Shown: piece after piece, positions 29,862-41,100 of the stretch | Position numbering within the stretch: the first letter of the stretch is position 1 | Layout of the letters: each line of letters opens with the position of its first letter | NCBI GenBank assembly: GCA_963723515.1 | Contig: CAVRQT010000002.1 | Coordinates: 32,001 to 96,000 of the forward strand | Direction: 5' to 3' | Length of the DNA stretch: 64,000 bases | From: Vulcanimicrobiota bacterium | GTDB lineage: Bacteria > Vulcanimicrobiota > Vulcanimicrobiia > Vulcanimicrobiales > Vulcanimicrobiaceae | The notes under the pieces: model-generated | Seen by the model: only the letters and a program-made list of their open reading frames with translations | The model's database searches: none | Told to the model about the DNA's origin: nothing | Position numbers and translations under genes: made by a program

Positions 29862-30623
29862 TCAGGCACGCAACTTATACCCCACCGCCGTCATCCGCAA
29901 TGCGGTTCCGAGCGCAAGAGCGGTTAGGATGCCAATGACGCCCAGCGAGAACCAGAGCGGCAGATAACTCTGCGAGGTATAGCTGTAGCGGAAGGCGTCG
30001 ATCGTATAAAACATCGGATTGAAAAGAGAGAGATTTCGCACCAGCGGCGGCAAAAATTGGGTCGAAGTAAACACCCCTCCGACAAAGACGAGCGGCGTAA
30101 TCGCAAACGTCGTCAGCACCGCTAAGTGATCGAAGCGCTCCGCCATCAACCCAAAGATGATCCCCAGCGCTGAAAACAGCACCGAGACCAGAATCATCGC
30201 CAAGAAATAGAGCGTGAAGTGGTGCGGCAGCGTCCGAACAAAGGCCCAACCCAAGAGCATGATGATGTTGGCGATGATCACCGCGCGGGCGACGCTGCCG
30301 AGGATGTACCCGGCGACGATTTCCGCGGCGGACATCGGCGCAATCAGCATTTCCTGAATCGAATTCATGAAGCGCCCTTGGAAGACGGAGCTGCTGCACT
30401 CTGCATAGGATGAGTCGATCACCTGCAGCATGATCAAGCCCGGAATCAAGAACGCGGCGTAGGAAACGCCTTGCACGTTCTGTATCCGGCTGCCTAATGC
30501 AAGTCCGAAGATGAAAACGTAGAGCAGCGTTGTGATGATCGGCGGCCAGATCACTTGATTGATGATCTTGAGCGTGCGCTTCATCTCACGCTTCATCAAC
30601 GTCCACGTTGCGTAGTAGTTCAC
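29862..30623 (-). CDS. ABC-2 type permease (YadH-like)
   Basis: FLIPGLIM, TPLVFVGGVF, NPMFYTIDAFRY. Confidence 0.9.
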   Translation of the reverse strand: MNYYATWTLMKREMKRTLKIINQVIWPPIITTLLYVFIFGLALGSRIQNVQGVSYAAFLIPGLIMLQVIDSSYAECSSSVFQGRFMNSIQEMLIAPMSAAEIVAGYILGSVARAVIIANIIMLLGWAFVRTLPHHFTLYFLAMILVSVLFSALGIIFGLMAERFDHLAVLTTFAITPLVFVGGVFTSTQFLPPLVRNLSLFNPMFYTIDAFRYSYTSQSYLPLWFSLGVIGILTALALGTALRMTAVGYKLRA

Positions 30624-31530
30624 CGGCGCGTCAGTTCCAGGAAGACGTCTTGCAGCGTCGCACGTTTGTAGTCGACGCCTTCGATCGCAAAGCCCGCACC
30701 TTCAAGTTCCCGCAGCGTCCCTGAGAGTTCATCGGCGGCGACGCCCGCGAAGACAACTCGATCGCTGCCGGGCTCAAAGTGCGCTCCGCGCGCGGTGAGC
30801 TGATCGGGCAGCTGTTGGATCGGCCGATCGAGCGTGATCGTCAGCACCGTGTCTGGCCGGCGTGCGAGCAACGACTGCGTCGACTCAAGCGCGGCGAGGC
30901 GACCGCGTTCGATGATGCCGATGCGCTTGCACAGCAACTCCGCTTCCTCGAGATAATGCGTCGTGAGGAAAATCGTCGTTCCTTGAGCATTGAGACGCCG
31001 CAACAGGTCCCACAGCTCCAGGCGCAACTCGACGTCGACTCCCGCGGTGGGCTCGTCGAGAATCAACAATTGCGGCGAGTGAATCAACGCTCGCGCGAGC
31101 GTCAAGCGGCGCTTCATGCCGCCGGAGAGTTTCATGTAATCCTGCTTGGCGTTGCTCGCCAGCCCAAAGAGTTCGAGCAGTTCGTCTGCGCGGGCCGAGA
31201 CATCGCGCGGCCGCAGTCCGAAATAACCCGCCGCGAAGATCAGCACGTCGCGAATCGAGAGATACCGGTCAAAGTTGTACTCTTGGGGCGCAAGACCGAT
31301 GAGCCGGCGTGCTTGCCGCCATTGCAGCGCGTTGTCAAAACCAAAGACGCGGATCGCGCCGGACGTCGGCTTGACGAGACCAACGACGGCATTGATCGTC
31401 GTGGTCTTGCCGGCGCCGTTTGGTCCTAAGAAACCGAAAAATTCGCCCGCTCCGACCGTCAGCGTAACGTCGTTTACCGCGGTCAGCGAACCGTAGCGCT
31501 TCACGAGGTTATGGACCTCGAGCGCCGCAG
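30620..31530 (-). CDS. ABC transporter ATP-binding protein (YadG-like); start uncertain
   Basis: GPNGAGKTT, LSGGMKRR, LDEPT. The frame continues upstream of GTG 31504 through AALEVHNL. Confidence 0.92.
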
Positions 31531-31557
31531 GGTTCGGCGGTAGGAACGAATTGGAAT

Positions 31558-32394
31558 TTAGTTGCGCTTGATCGATAGGATCAAACTCGACGGCACGAGG
31601 CCGACTTTGCCAAAATCGTAGAGATCGATCGCTTCAACGGCGATGTGGTTGCCGTGCAGCATCGGGAAACTCGGCCGGTACCGCAAGTCGCCGATGACGC
31701 GCCGTTCACCCAACGCAAAGACGCCCGCAGCGAGCTCTTGCCCGAGCTCAACGCTCAGGAGGTTGAACCCCGAGAATGCCGCGCGATCCACGCGATTCGG
31801 CGCAATCACAAGCGTGTCGGAAGCAACCGCGTTGACGACGCTGCGCAAGGAGCGCACGGAATCGTCTACGGAGACCTCAATAGGCTCGTAGCCATTGGCG
31901 CGCGCGACTTCGGCGAAGCCGGCGCGTCCGATCGCGTTGGAACGCTTCGTGCGGCCGATGAAGGCTGTATTACCGGCGAGCAAGACATCCGTTCCGTCGA
32001 GCAAACCGGGCGTCGCAATATGGCCGCCGATCGGAACGTCCATCTTCGTCAATTCAGCTTCAAGCAAGTCAACTTCGGCGCGCCGTTCGAGCGAAGAGGG
32101 GCGCATGATGACCGCGCCATGCTCGAAGCAAACCGCCAAGTCGGCGGCCGCGCATGCCAGCGGCGCGCGGTCCGGCGCATCGATCACGGTCACGTCGACG
32201 CCGTAGTAGCGCAATGTTGAAGCGAGCACGTCGTGCTGCTCTACAGCGCGCTTGAAAATTGCTCCCGGCTCGCCTTGAAGCGGCGGCAGCGATTCGAGTT
32301 CCGCGGTCGGTTTGACGAGCACCGCTGCGCGCAGCGTCCCAGTCGGATGCGCGATCAGCCGTGGGCCGTAGCGGACGTGCGCGTGCGCCGTCAC
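31558..32394 (-). CDS. DDAH/arginine deiminase (amidinotransferase) fold protein, catalytic residues altered
   Basis: AVEQH, IMRP..ERRAE, LDGTDV, FIGRTKRSN, DFGK. Confidence 0.78.
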   Translation of the reverse strand: MTAHAHVRYGPRLIAHPTGTLRAAVLVKPTAELESLPPLQGEPGAIFKRAVEQHDVLASTLRYYGVDVTVIDAPDRAPLACAAADLAVCFEHGAVIMRPSSLERRAEVDLLEAELTKMDVPIGGHIATPGLLDGTDVLLAGNTAFIGRTKRSNAIGRAGFAEVARANGYEPIEVSVDDSVRSLRSVVNAVASDTLVIAPNRVDRAAFSGFNLLSVELGQELAAGVFALGERRVIGDLRYRPSFPMLHGNHIAVEAIDLYDFGKVGLVPSSLILSIKRN

Positions 32395-33843
32395 GACGGC
32401 ACCGGAACGGTAGCTTCTTCTCCCTCCGTAACGGCCAGCGTGCGGCGCGCAACAGCGTCCTCTATTCCCGCTTGTGCAACCGCTTTTGCAACGGCGTCAA
32501 CGACGCGTGGATCGAAGACGCTTGGAATAATGTATTCCGCATTGCGCTCGTCGTCGCCGACGATCGAGGCGATGGCTTTGGCCGCCGCGATCAACATGTT
32601 TTCGGTGATCTTGCGCGCACGGCAATCGAGCGCGCCGCGGAAGATTCCGGGAAAGGCCAGCAGGTTGTTGACCTGATTCGGGAAGTTCGAACGGCCGGTT
32701 GCGATTACGGCGGCGTACGGCGCCGCAATCTCCGGCATGATTTCCGGCGTCGGATTAGCCATCGCGAAGACGATCGGATCACGCGCCATCGTCGCGATCG
32801 CCTCGGGCTGCAAAACGCCGGGGGCGGAGACGCCGATGAAAACATCCGTGCCGCGCAAGACTTCCGAAAGTGAACCGCGGCGGTTTTCCCGATTCGTGTG
32901 TTCGGCGAGCCAGCGCCAATGCGAGTTCTCGTACCGCTCGGAACGATTGATTGCGCCCGCGCGGTCGACCGGAATGATGTCGCGAACGCCGGCCTTTAAG
33001 AGCATCTTGATCGTCGCGGTTCCTGCAGCGCCGCTGCCCGCGACGACGATCGTCAAATCTTCCAACCGCTTTCGCGACGACTTGGGCAGCGTTGATGAGC
33101 GCCGCAAGAATCACGACTGCGGTGCCGTGTTGATCGTCGTGCATGACGGGGATGTCGAGCGCTTCGATCAAGCGGTTTTCAATCTCGAAACACCGCGGCG
33201 CCGAAATGTCCTCAAGGTTGATGCCGCCGAAGACCGGCGCAATCCGAACGACCGTCTCGACGATCTCGTCGACATCTTTGGTATCCAAACAGATCGGGAA
33301 GGCGTCGATCGCGGCGAACTGCTTGAAGAGCATCGCCTTCCCTTCCATGACCGGAAGCGCGCCAAGCGGGCCGATGTCTCCGAGCCCGAGCACGGCCGTA
33401 CCATCCGTGACGACAGCGACTGTGTTGCGTTTGATCGAAAGTTGAAACGCTTTGCGGGGGTCGGCGGCGATCGCCATTGAAACGCGCGCGACTCCGGGCG
33501 TGTAGACCATCGAGAGATCTTGGCGCGTCTTCACAGGGATTTTTGGCTCCATCTGAATCTTGCCGCCGATATGCGCGAGAAAGGTGCTGTCCGAAACGAA
33601 GACGACCTTGACGCCTTCGATCTTTTCGACGGCGCGGCGAACCGCTTCGGCTGTTGCTTCCGACGCAACGGTGATCGTGACATCGCGCACGACGACGCTG
33701 CGCGAAACGGAGCCCATGTCCACAGCGCCGATGATGCCGCCGGCGTCACCGATCGCGGAGGCGAGCATGCCGAAAGAACCCGCTTCGTTCGGCATCTCAA
33801 GCCGCATGATGACCGTAAATCCGATTGGAGCCGCCGTTGCCAT
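32391..33843 (-). CDS. NAD-dependent malic enzyme with N-terminal ACT domain (frameshift near 33071)
   Basis: YTPGVA, DGTAVLGLGDIG, MEGK, INLEDI, HDDQHGTA; second frame GSGAAG, ATGRSNFPNQVNN. Confidence 0.93.
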
Positions 33844-33866
33844 GGTCTGCTGTTTCTTAGGTTACT

Positions 33867-35320
33867 TCAAAACTCCGCCAGCCGCTCGACCGCGCGCGCC
33901 ATTCGGCCATCGACATTATTCGGATCATCGCCATTCGCGATCAAGAATGCAAACGCGAATGTTCCCGAGCGTCTTGAAACGACATAGCCGGCAAGCGCCT
34001 CAACGCCGGCGAGGTGTCCGCTTTTCGCACGAACGCGTCCGCGAGCGCCGCCAATGTCGTAATATTTGACCGTCCCTTCAATACCGGCTCGAGGTAATGC
34101 GTTGAACAAGCGTTCGCCGCGATGACGGCGATCGTCGTCAAGCACTCGTGCGAGCGTCAAGGCACTCGAACGGTTATCAGCCGACAAGCCGCTTCCGTCG
34201 ACGAGGTAGAGTCCCGTGCGAGGAATCCGATTCTTGCGCAGGAGCTTTCGCTCCGCCGTGAGGCCGGCTCGATCGCTTCCAACACCGTTGACGACGCGGC
34301 CGATCGTGCGGAGCAACTGCTCCGCTAAGTGGTTGTTCGATTCAAAGAGCATCTTGGAAACGATTTGCATCAGCGGCATCGAGCGGTGCCGCCAAAGCAC
34401 ATGAGCGAGGCGCGGCGCCACGCCGACGCTTGGCGGCTTGACAATGCGGATGTTGCGTTGCTGCAGCATGCGAGTGAGAACGTCGCGCGACATACAACGG
34501 AATGCCGCGAATCGGAACGTAGAGCACGGCCTGGTGAGCGTCGGCGGCGACTTGTCCACCGATTTCAAAGGCATTCGTTTGCCGCAGAGGGTTGATGGCG
34601 ATGGTCGTCGGCAGGCCGGCTGCGACCGTCAACACATCGCCGTTCACGCGGACGGTGTTCGAAGGTGGTTCAAGCCGAAGGTGCGCCGCCAAGCCCTCAA
34701 CGCTCGGCGTCGCGTGAACTTCGATCGTATCTTGATCGAGCGATATCGCGCTTGTGGCGGCCGAAAAGCCGTATTGCGCATCGCTTACTTCCCACAACGG
34801 ATTGCGTTCGGGACCGCTCAAGAAACTGGCATCGACGCGGACGGCGCCGCGCACGATACTCAGGCCTTGCGCCGCGAGAATCTTGACGGCGCCGCGCAAA
34901 TCGTTTGAAATCAGAACCGGGTCGGCGCCGCCGATCAGCCACAAGTCGCCGTTCAAAATGCCGCTCTTGAGCCGTTCGCTAGCCGCCATCGTGGTCGAAA
35001 AACGGTAGGCGCCGCCCAGGTCCGCCAACGCGGTAGCGGCCACGATCAGTTTCTGCGCCGATGCCGGCGGAATGGCTTGTTCAGCGCGGCGTTCGTATGC
35101 GATCATGCCGCGATCGTCGATGACGCAGAGACTCTGCACGCCGCCGCCCGGAAAGGCGGCGTCAATTTGCTCGCGGAGCTGATGCTGTTGCGCGACCGTC
35201 AACGGCTTCGGCGAGGCCGTGGCGGCGGAGAATCTCAGCGGTTGCGGCTGCGGGCGCGTGACGTGCGGCTTCGCGCACGCGCACAATAAAGCGCACAGCG
35301 CACAGATCAGTGCAACCCTA
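33867..35320 (-). CDS. dacB: D-Ala-D-Ala carboxypeptidase/endopeptidase PBP4 (S13), probable lipoprotein (frameshift near 34486; start uncertain)
   Basis: PASAQK (SxxK), GGADP; second frame ESNN (SxN), DGSGLS, AKSG. Confidence 0.88.
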
Positions 35321-35327
35321 CGTTGGT

Positions 35328-36143
35328 TTATTGCCTGCGCTGAGCAGCAGCCTGCGCTGAGCTTGTCGAAGCGTCGAAGCGTTCGTACGCTCCAGTCAAA
35401 CCGCCACTCACGTCGATGACGGTGCCGGTCAAATAATCCGCGTCGTCCCGGATCAAAAACGAAACGACATCCGCAACGTCTTCCCAAGAGCCGGCTCGTC
35501 CGACGGCGTTTTCGGCCGATTGCGAGCGCGCATCGCTGCGGGAACGATGTTTTTCACGAATATCTCCCGGCTGAAGAACGTGAACCGTGATTCCATGGCG
35601 GCCTTCTTCTAAGGCGAGTGTTCTAGCAAATGCAATCAACCCCGATTTGGCTGCTGCGTACAACGACAAGCCTCGTGCAGGCATCGTCACGTTCGAGCCG
35701 TTCATGCCGAAGAACACGACTCGTCCAAATTTGCGTGCGCGCATACCGGGCAGAAATGCCGCTGCGACTTGCACGGCGCTGCGCAGATTGCCGTTAATCA
35801 TTTCGTCGTAATCTTGCGGCGTCGCCCGCTCGAAGCGCTTCACGACCATCGGTCCGACCCCATGGACGACGATGTCGATTGCAGTTTGACGCGCGATCTC
35901 TTCGAGTTGCGCCGCCACCTCTGCCGGATCAGCCAAGAAGTCAATGCCGTGAGCGTGCGCCGTTACCCCTGCGCTTTCGATCGCTTTCGCCGTCGCTTGC
36001 GCTTCCGTGCCGCCGGGCCGAAATGTGAAATGCACGTCATTTCCCGCGCGCGCGAGCGCGATTGCGATGCCGCGAGGAAGTCCCGCTGCAGCGCCGGTTA
36101 CAAGCGCCGTCCGCGATAAAGAAGAGGGCCGCACGTCTGGCAA
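35328..36143 (-). CDS. Short-chain dehydrogenase/reductase (FabG-like)
   Basis: ALVTGAAAGL, YAAAK, VLQPG, TGTVIDVSGG. Confidence 0.9.
   Translation of the reverse strand: MPDVRPSSLSRTALVTGAAAGLPRGIAIALARAGNDVHFTFRPGGTEAQATAKAIESAGVTAHAHGIDFLADPAEVAAQLEEIARQTAIDIVVHGVGPMVVKRFERATPQDYDEMINGNLRSAVQVAAAFLPGMRARKFGRVVFFGMNGSNVTMPARGLSLYAAAKSGLIAFARTLALEEGRHGITVHVLQPGDIREKHRSRSDARSQSAENAVGRAGSWEDVADVVSFLIRDDADYLTGTVIDVSGGLTGAYERFDASTSSAQAAAQRRQ
35355..35373. repeat. REP-like repeat copy inside the SDR 3' end
   Basis: CGCTGAGCTTGTCGAAGCG, identical to 50358-50376. Confidence 0.7.
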
Positions 36144-36177
36144 GTGCGACCCTTTTTTGATGGCGTCCTGGTACGTC

Positions 36178-37242
36178 TTACGACGGATAGTTCACGGTGC
36201 GTGAGGTGGATGCACCATTCGGCGCAAGCGACTGAATTAATACCTGGACGTTGCCGCCCGGAACGGCGTTGACGTTTACCTGTAGCGCGAATGATCCCGC
36301 GCCGTCGGCACTCGTCTGATCGTGAAACGTTCCGGTCCCGATCGAGAAGATGTGACCCAACAGCGTTTGTCCCGTTGCAGTAACGGTGACCGTCGAACCC
36401 GGTGCGGTGCGACCGGTCAACAAGAACGATCCGCTGACGCGAGCGCCCGGCGTTGGATTGAGCGCAGTGATGAAGTTGCTCACGCCCGCTGTTGACGTAA
36501 ACGTCCAGCCTCGCGAAAACGAAGCGCCGGACGTCGTCGTTCCCGTCACACGGACCGTGTGCGCGCCGGGGGGCACGTTGTATTGCGGTGTGAAGTTAAA
36601 GCCGTTCGCGTTGGCGTAGGATTGCGCGGTCACATCACGATTGTCGAAGTAAACGCGCAGTGAATTGGGATCTACCGATTCCGTGAATTGCGCCGAGACA
36701 TTTGGTTGGATCGCCGGCGTCGCGGTATTGGCTTCCGGAATGCGGCCGGTTAAACGCAGCTGGCTGCCGGGCATCGGCTGGGGAGCGGGATTGACATTGC
36801 CGCCGCCTCCACCGCCGCCGGAGTAGATCGCGACGGTTCGCGTGTTCGAATTCCAGTTGACCGTCGCGCCGAGGGATTGCGCGATAAACCGCAGCGGCAC
36901 CATCGTTCGCGGACCAACGAGGAACGGCGCGACGTCGATCGCTACCGGTTGTCCGTTGACGGTCGCACTCGTTGAGCCGATATGCAACGAGATGTTTCTG
37001 CCGTTTCCCGTCGCGTTGATCATTCCGTTCGCATAGACGACGCTCGCGCCTAGGCGCTCGAAGACGCCTCGTAGCGGCACGAAGACGCGGCCTCCGCGCT
37101 CGATGGGAGGCTGATCGAAGGTGACGACCTGTCCATTGACGGTGATCGTGACCCCTTGCGCAGCCGCGATCGTGGGTTGGCCGAAGATCGCGATCGCGGC
37201 CGCAAAGGCCACGATCGCGACACGATTAGTGAATCTTAGCAT
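36178..37242 (-). CDS. Secreted copper-amine-oxidase N-terminal (stalk) domain protein with Ig-like domains
   Basis: Signal peptide. FDQPPIERGGRVFVPLRGVFERLGA...RTMVPLRFIAQSLGA. Confidence 0.85.
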   Translation of the reverse strand: MLRFTNRVAIVAFAAAIAIFGQPTIAAAQGVTITVNGQVVTFDQPPIERGGRVFVPLRGVFERLGASVVYANGMINATGNGRNISLHIGSTSATVNGQPVAIDVAPFLVGPRTMVPLRFIAQSLGATVNWNSNTRTVAIYSGGGGGGGNVNPAPQPMPGSQLRLTGRIPEANTATPAIQPNVSAQFTESVDPNSLRVYFDNRDVTAQSYANANGFNFTPQYNVPPGAHTVRVTGTTTSGASFSRGWTFTSTAGVSNFITALNPTPGARVSGSFLLTGRTAPGSTVTVTATGQTLLGHIFSIGTGTFHDQTSADGAGSFALQVNVNAVPGGNVQVLIQSLAPNGASTSRTVNYPS

Positions 37243-37283
37243 GATGTGCGTGCTCCATTTACGGCAAGAGAACTAGGCTAGCA

Positions 37284-38030
37284 TTACGGCGCCGTCAAGA
37301 AGTTCCATCCGCGGCTGAACGACGCTCCGGAGGTCGTCGTGCCGGTTACGCGGACGTTGTGCGGCCCGTACTGAACCGAGAACGGCAGCGTCAAATTGAA
37401 ACCGCGGCTGCCCAAGTACGACATCGACGTGATGTCGCGGCCATCGAAATATACGCGCATCGACGAGCTGACGACGGGTTGGGTGAAGTTCGCGCTGATG
37501 CGCGGCGTCGTTGTATGAACCGTTGATCCGGGGGCCGGGTAGCGTGCGACCAGTTCCAAGCCGACGCCGGACGGCGGGTATTGGCCGCCCCCGCCACCGC
37601 CGTTAATCGTCACCGTCCGATTGCTGTCGTTATAGTTGACCGTCGCGCCCAACGATTGCGCGATGAAGCGCAGCGGGACCAGCGTGCGTGGTCCTACGAG
37701 GAACGGCGCGACATCGACCGTGACGGGCTGCCCGTTGACGGTCGCGTTTGTCGAGCCGATTTGCAACGATACGGTACGGCCGTTGCCGGTCGCGTTGATC
37801 TGGCCATTGGCGTAAACGACGCTTGCCCCTAGGCGCTCGAAGACGCCTCGGAGCGGCACAAAGACGCGTCCCGCGCGTTCGATCGGCGGCTGGTCGAAGC
37901 TCATCGGTTGGCCGTTGACGATGACGGAAACGGTTTGGGCGTTCGCGCTCGCCGTCACCATTAGCACCGCCACCGCCGCCGCGGCCGTAGTGCCGGCGAT
38001 TCGCTTGAGTACGTGCTCGTAAAAAGACAT
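37284..38030 (-). CDS. Secreted copper-amine-oxidase N-terminal (stalk) domain protein, shorter paralog
   Basis: GGAGG ribosome-binding site, same stalk motifs, one Ig-like domain. Confidence 0.85.
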   Translation of the reverse strand: MSFYEHVLKRIAGTTAAAAVAVLMVTASANAQTVSVIVNGQPMSFDQPPIERAGRVFVPLRGVFERLGASVVYANGQINATGNGRTVSLQIGSTNATVNGQPVTVDVAPFLVGPRTLVPLRFIAQSLGATVNYNDSNRTVTINGGGGGGQYPPSGVGLELVARYPAPGSTVHTTTPRISANFTQPVVSSSMRVYFDGRDITSMSYLGSRGFNLTLPFSVQYGPHNVRVTGTTTSGASFSRGWNFLTAP

Positions 38031-38145
38031 TCAGGTGTACCTCCGAGAGTAAAAACGAAGATCGATGGTCTCGTTGCTTCGTACCCCAAAAGCACGGAAG
38101 GCCGCACCACGGGCGACCTTCCTCTTACTTGTTTTGGGGCGCTTG

Positions 38146-41100
38146 TTACGTGGCGAGCACCGGTTCGCGGAGTTCCGCTTGCATCGCCCGCTGATCCGCG
38201 CGGCGCTCGAGATAGCCGATCCACGTGTTGTAGATCATCGGCACCAAGAAGAGCGTCAGGATCAGAGAGCTGAGCAGTCCGCCGATGATGACGGTCCCCA
38301 TGGCCTGCCGCCATTCAGCTCCTTCCGCAAATCCAAAGGCAAGCGGCAACATGCCGAAGACCATCGCAAACGTCGTCATCAAAATCGGACGGAACCGTGT
38401 GGCGGCTGCTTGCAACACGGCGTCGTGCACGCGCATGCCGCGCTTGCACAACGTATTCGAGTAGTCCACAAGCAGAATGCCGTTCTTCGACACCAATCCG
38501 AAGAGCATCACGATGCCGAGCATCGAGAGCAAGTTCAACGATTGTCCGGCGTCGGGCTGAAGGCGATGCATCAGCGCCAATGCCATGAACGCACCGACGA
38601 TAGCGACCGGAACGCTGAACATCACGATGAGCGGCTCGAGGAACGACCCGTACAGGATCACCATCAGCATGTACACGAGCATGAATGACGTCGTGAGCGC
38701 GATGCCCATGTCGACCATCGTCTGTTGCAAGTATTTCGTGTCGCCTTGCGACTCGAGGCTGACGCCGGCCGGCAAGAATCCCGGCTGATGCAGCTTTCGC
38801 TCCAATGGGCTCGTCACTGCGCCGAGCGAGTAACCGGGCAACACATCGCCTAGGACATTGACGACGCGCTGCTTGTCTAGCCGGTCGATCTTCGTCGGCG
38901 CTTTGGTCCATGTAAAGGTCGCAACATCGGAAAGAGGCACCAGCGTTCCATCGCTCGCGCGCACTCTCACGCTTTGCATCGACTCGACGGTGTTGCGGTC
39001 TTGCGGCGGAAACTGCACGCGCACGTCAACGAGGCCATCCGGCGTTCGCACCTTGGTTGCAACGGCGCCGTCCACGGCAATGCGTGCTGCCGTCGCAGCT
39101 GCACCCGGAGAGACGCCGAGCACTGCCGCTTTAGCGGCATCGATCTGCACGTTCAGACGCGGCGCGGCAACTTCGTTGCTGGTCTGCACGTTGACCGATC
39201 CCGGCGTGTCGCGCAAGAACTTTGCGACTTTCTCGGCCGCCGGTCCGATAGCGTCTTCAGGGCCCTGCAACGCATAGAAGATCGCCGCGCCTGAGCCGCC
39301 GCCGGTATCGCCTTGCACTTGAAACTGGCCACCCGGGACCAAATACCCCAGTTTTCGGACATCGCCGATAACGCGATTCGTTTCGCTGCGGCGATTCTTG
39401 TACGTTTCGGCATCTAACGTGGCATAGTTGCCGCCGACAACGCTGCCCCAACCGAACGGTTTGCGGCCCACGGTCGAGCTGATCGACTGAACGCCGTCGA
39501 CTTTCAGAATCGCGTTCTCGAGCCGATCGACATACTTCGCGGTCGTCTCAATCGGGGTTCCCGGCGGATAGGTTACGGTCATGGCGACGTGGCCAGTCTG
39601 CGTGTTGGGAACGAAATCGAAGCTGATTTGACCCAGGAGCGGCATTACGATCGCAAGCACGATCGGCACGGCGAACCACAGCACTGCAGCGCGCCGTCGC
39701 GTACCGAAGTCGCGAAGCGCGCGGACCTGCGTGCGCAAGATATTCTTTGCTATCGCAAATCGGTGCCAAACGAAGAATCCGACCGCGGCGACGACCACCA
39801 AAAGCGAGAGCAGCGGATTGATGCTCGCGGCCAACGCGGCGAGAACCAGCGTGCCGACGGCTCCGAGCGCAGTCCACAGTATCGCCTTCTTGTCGGCAGT
39901 CCGTGCTGCGCCGTTGCTGTCGCGAGGCTGTTCGCGGTAGCGGCGCAAACTTATTTGGCGCGAACTTGCGCAAGAGCAAGCCCCCCGCAAGCCCGCCCAA
40001 GAGCAGCGCAAAAACGAATACGTCGAAGCGCATCGCCGTCGTTCCGCCGCCGAGCAAGAGAACCGAATTCAGAAACAGCATGGAGCAGACGAAAACGACG
40101 AAGAAACCGTGGCGCATCGCCATCGGCAGCAGCTTTGTGCGATAGGCCGTGAGAATCTCGTCGTAGCGCTGCACGAACGCATTCAACGCCAAAACGGCCA
40201 GCAAGAATACGCCGATGAGCCGCGCAAAGAGCCACGGCGTAAACCACGCTCCGACCGCGAGCGCGGCCAATCCACCGTTCAGCCAAGGGTGTTTCGTGAT
40301 CTCAAGCCATCGCGGCGGCGCACCGCTGCGCTTGCGAACGCTCCACTTCGCCGCAAGCAGCGGCGTGAGCGTGAAGGAAACAAAGAGCGAGAAGAGCGTC
40401 GCCACCACGACCACAAGGGCGAACTCCTTGAGGAACTTGCCGACGATGCCCGAGAGAAATGCGATCGGCAAGAAGACGACGACGTCGACCATCGTGATGG
40501 CGATCGCGGCGCTGCCGATCTCCGTGCGCCCGTTGATCGCGGCGTTGACCGGCTCTTCGCCTTGATCGCGATGCCGCGTGATATTCTCCAAGACGACGAT
40601 CGAATCGTCGACCAAGATGCCGATAATAAGCGAGAGTCCCATGAGCGACATGATGTCGAGATGGAAGCCGAACGCTTTCATCAGGACCATCGTCGCGAGA
40701 ATCGACGTCGGGATCGCCAGCATGACGACCGCCGCATTACGCCATGCGTGCAGGAAGAGCAGCATGACGATTGCGGTCAAGAGAATTCCCTCGCCGAGGG
40801 ACTGCCAGACGCCGCTCAACGATGCTTGCGTATAGTCAGCGGGAGCATCTATCTCGTGAAAGTTCAGCTGCGGGAATTGTGCGTTGATCTTCTTGAGCTG
40901 GTCCCGCGCAATCTTCGTCGACTTGATTTCGTCCGCGTTGATGTTGCGGCCGATCTCGACGTACAGGCGCGGCTCGCCGTTGAAGTGAGAAATCGTGCGT
41001 TGCTCGGCGTGGCCGTCGACAGCAGTCGCGATGTCGCCTAAGCGCAGCTCTTTGTTGGCGCCTCCCGGAACCGGCAGCGGGATGCCGAGCATGTCCGACG

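Noticed and set aside
33060..33085. Programmed ribosomal frameshifting in malic enzyme and other split genes
   Set aside because: I saw no canonical slippery heptamer, and indels across unrelated genes fit assembly error better.
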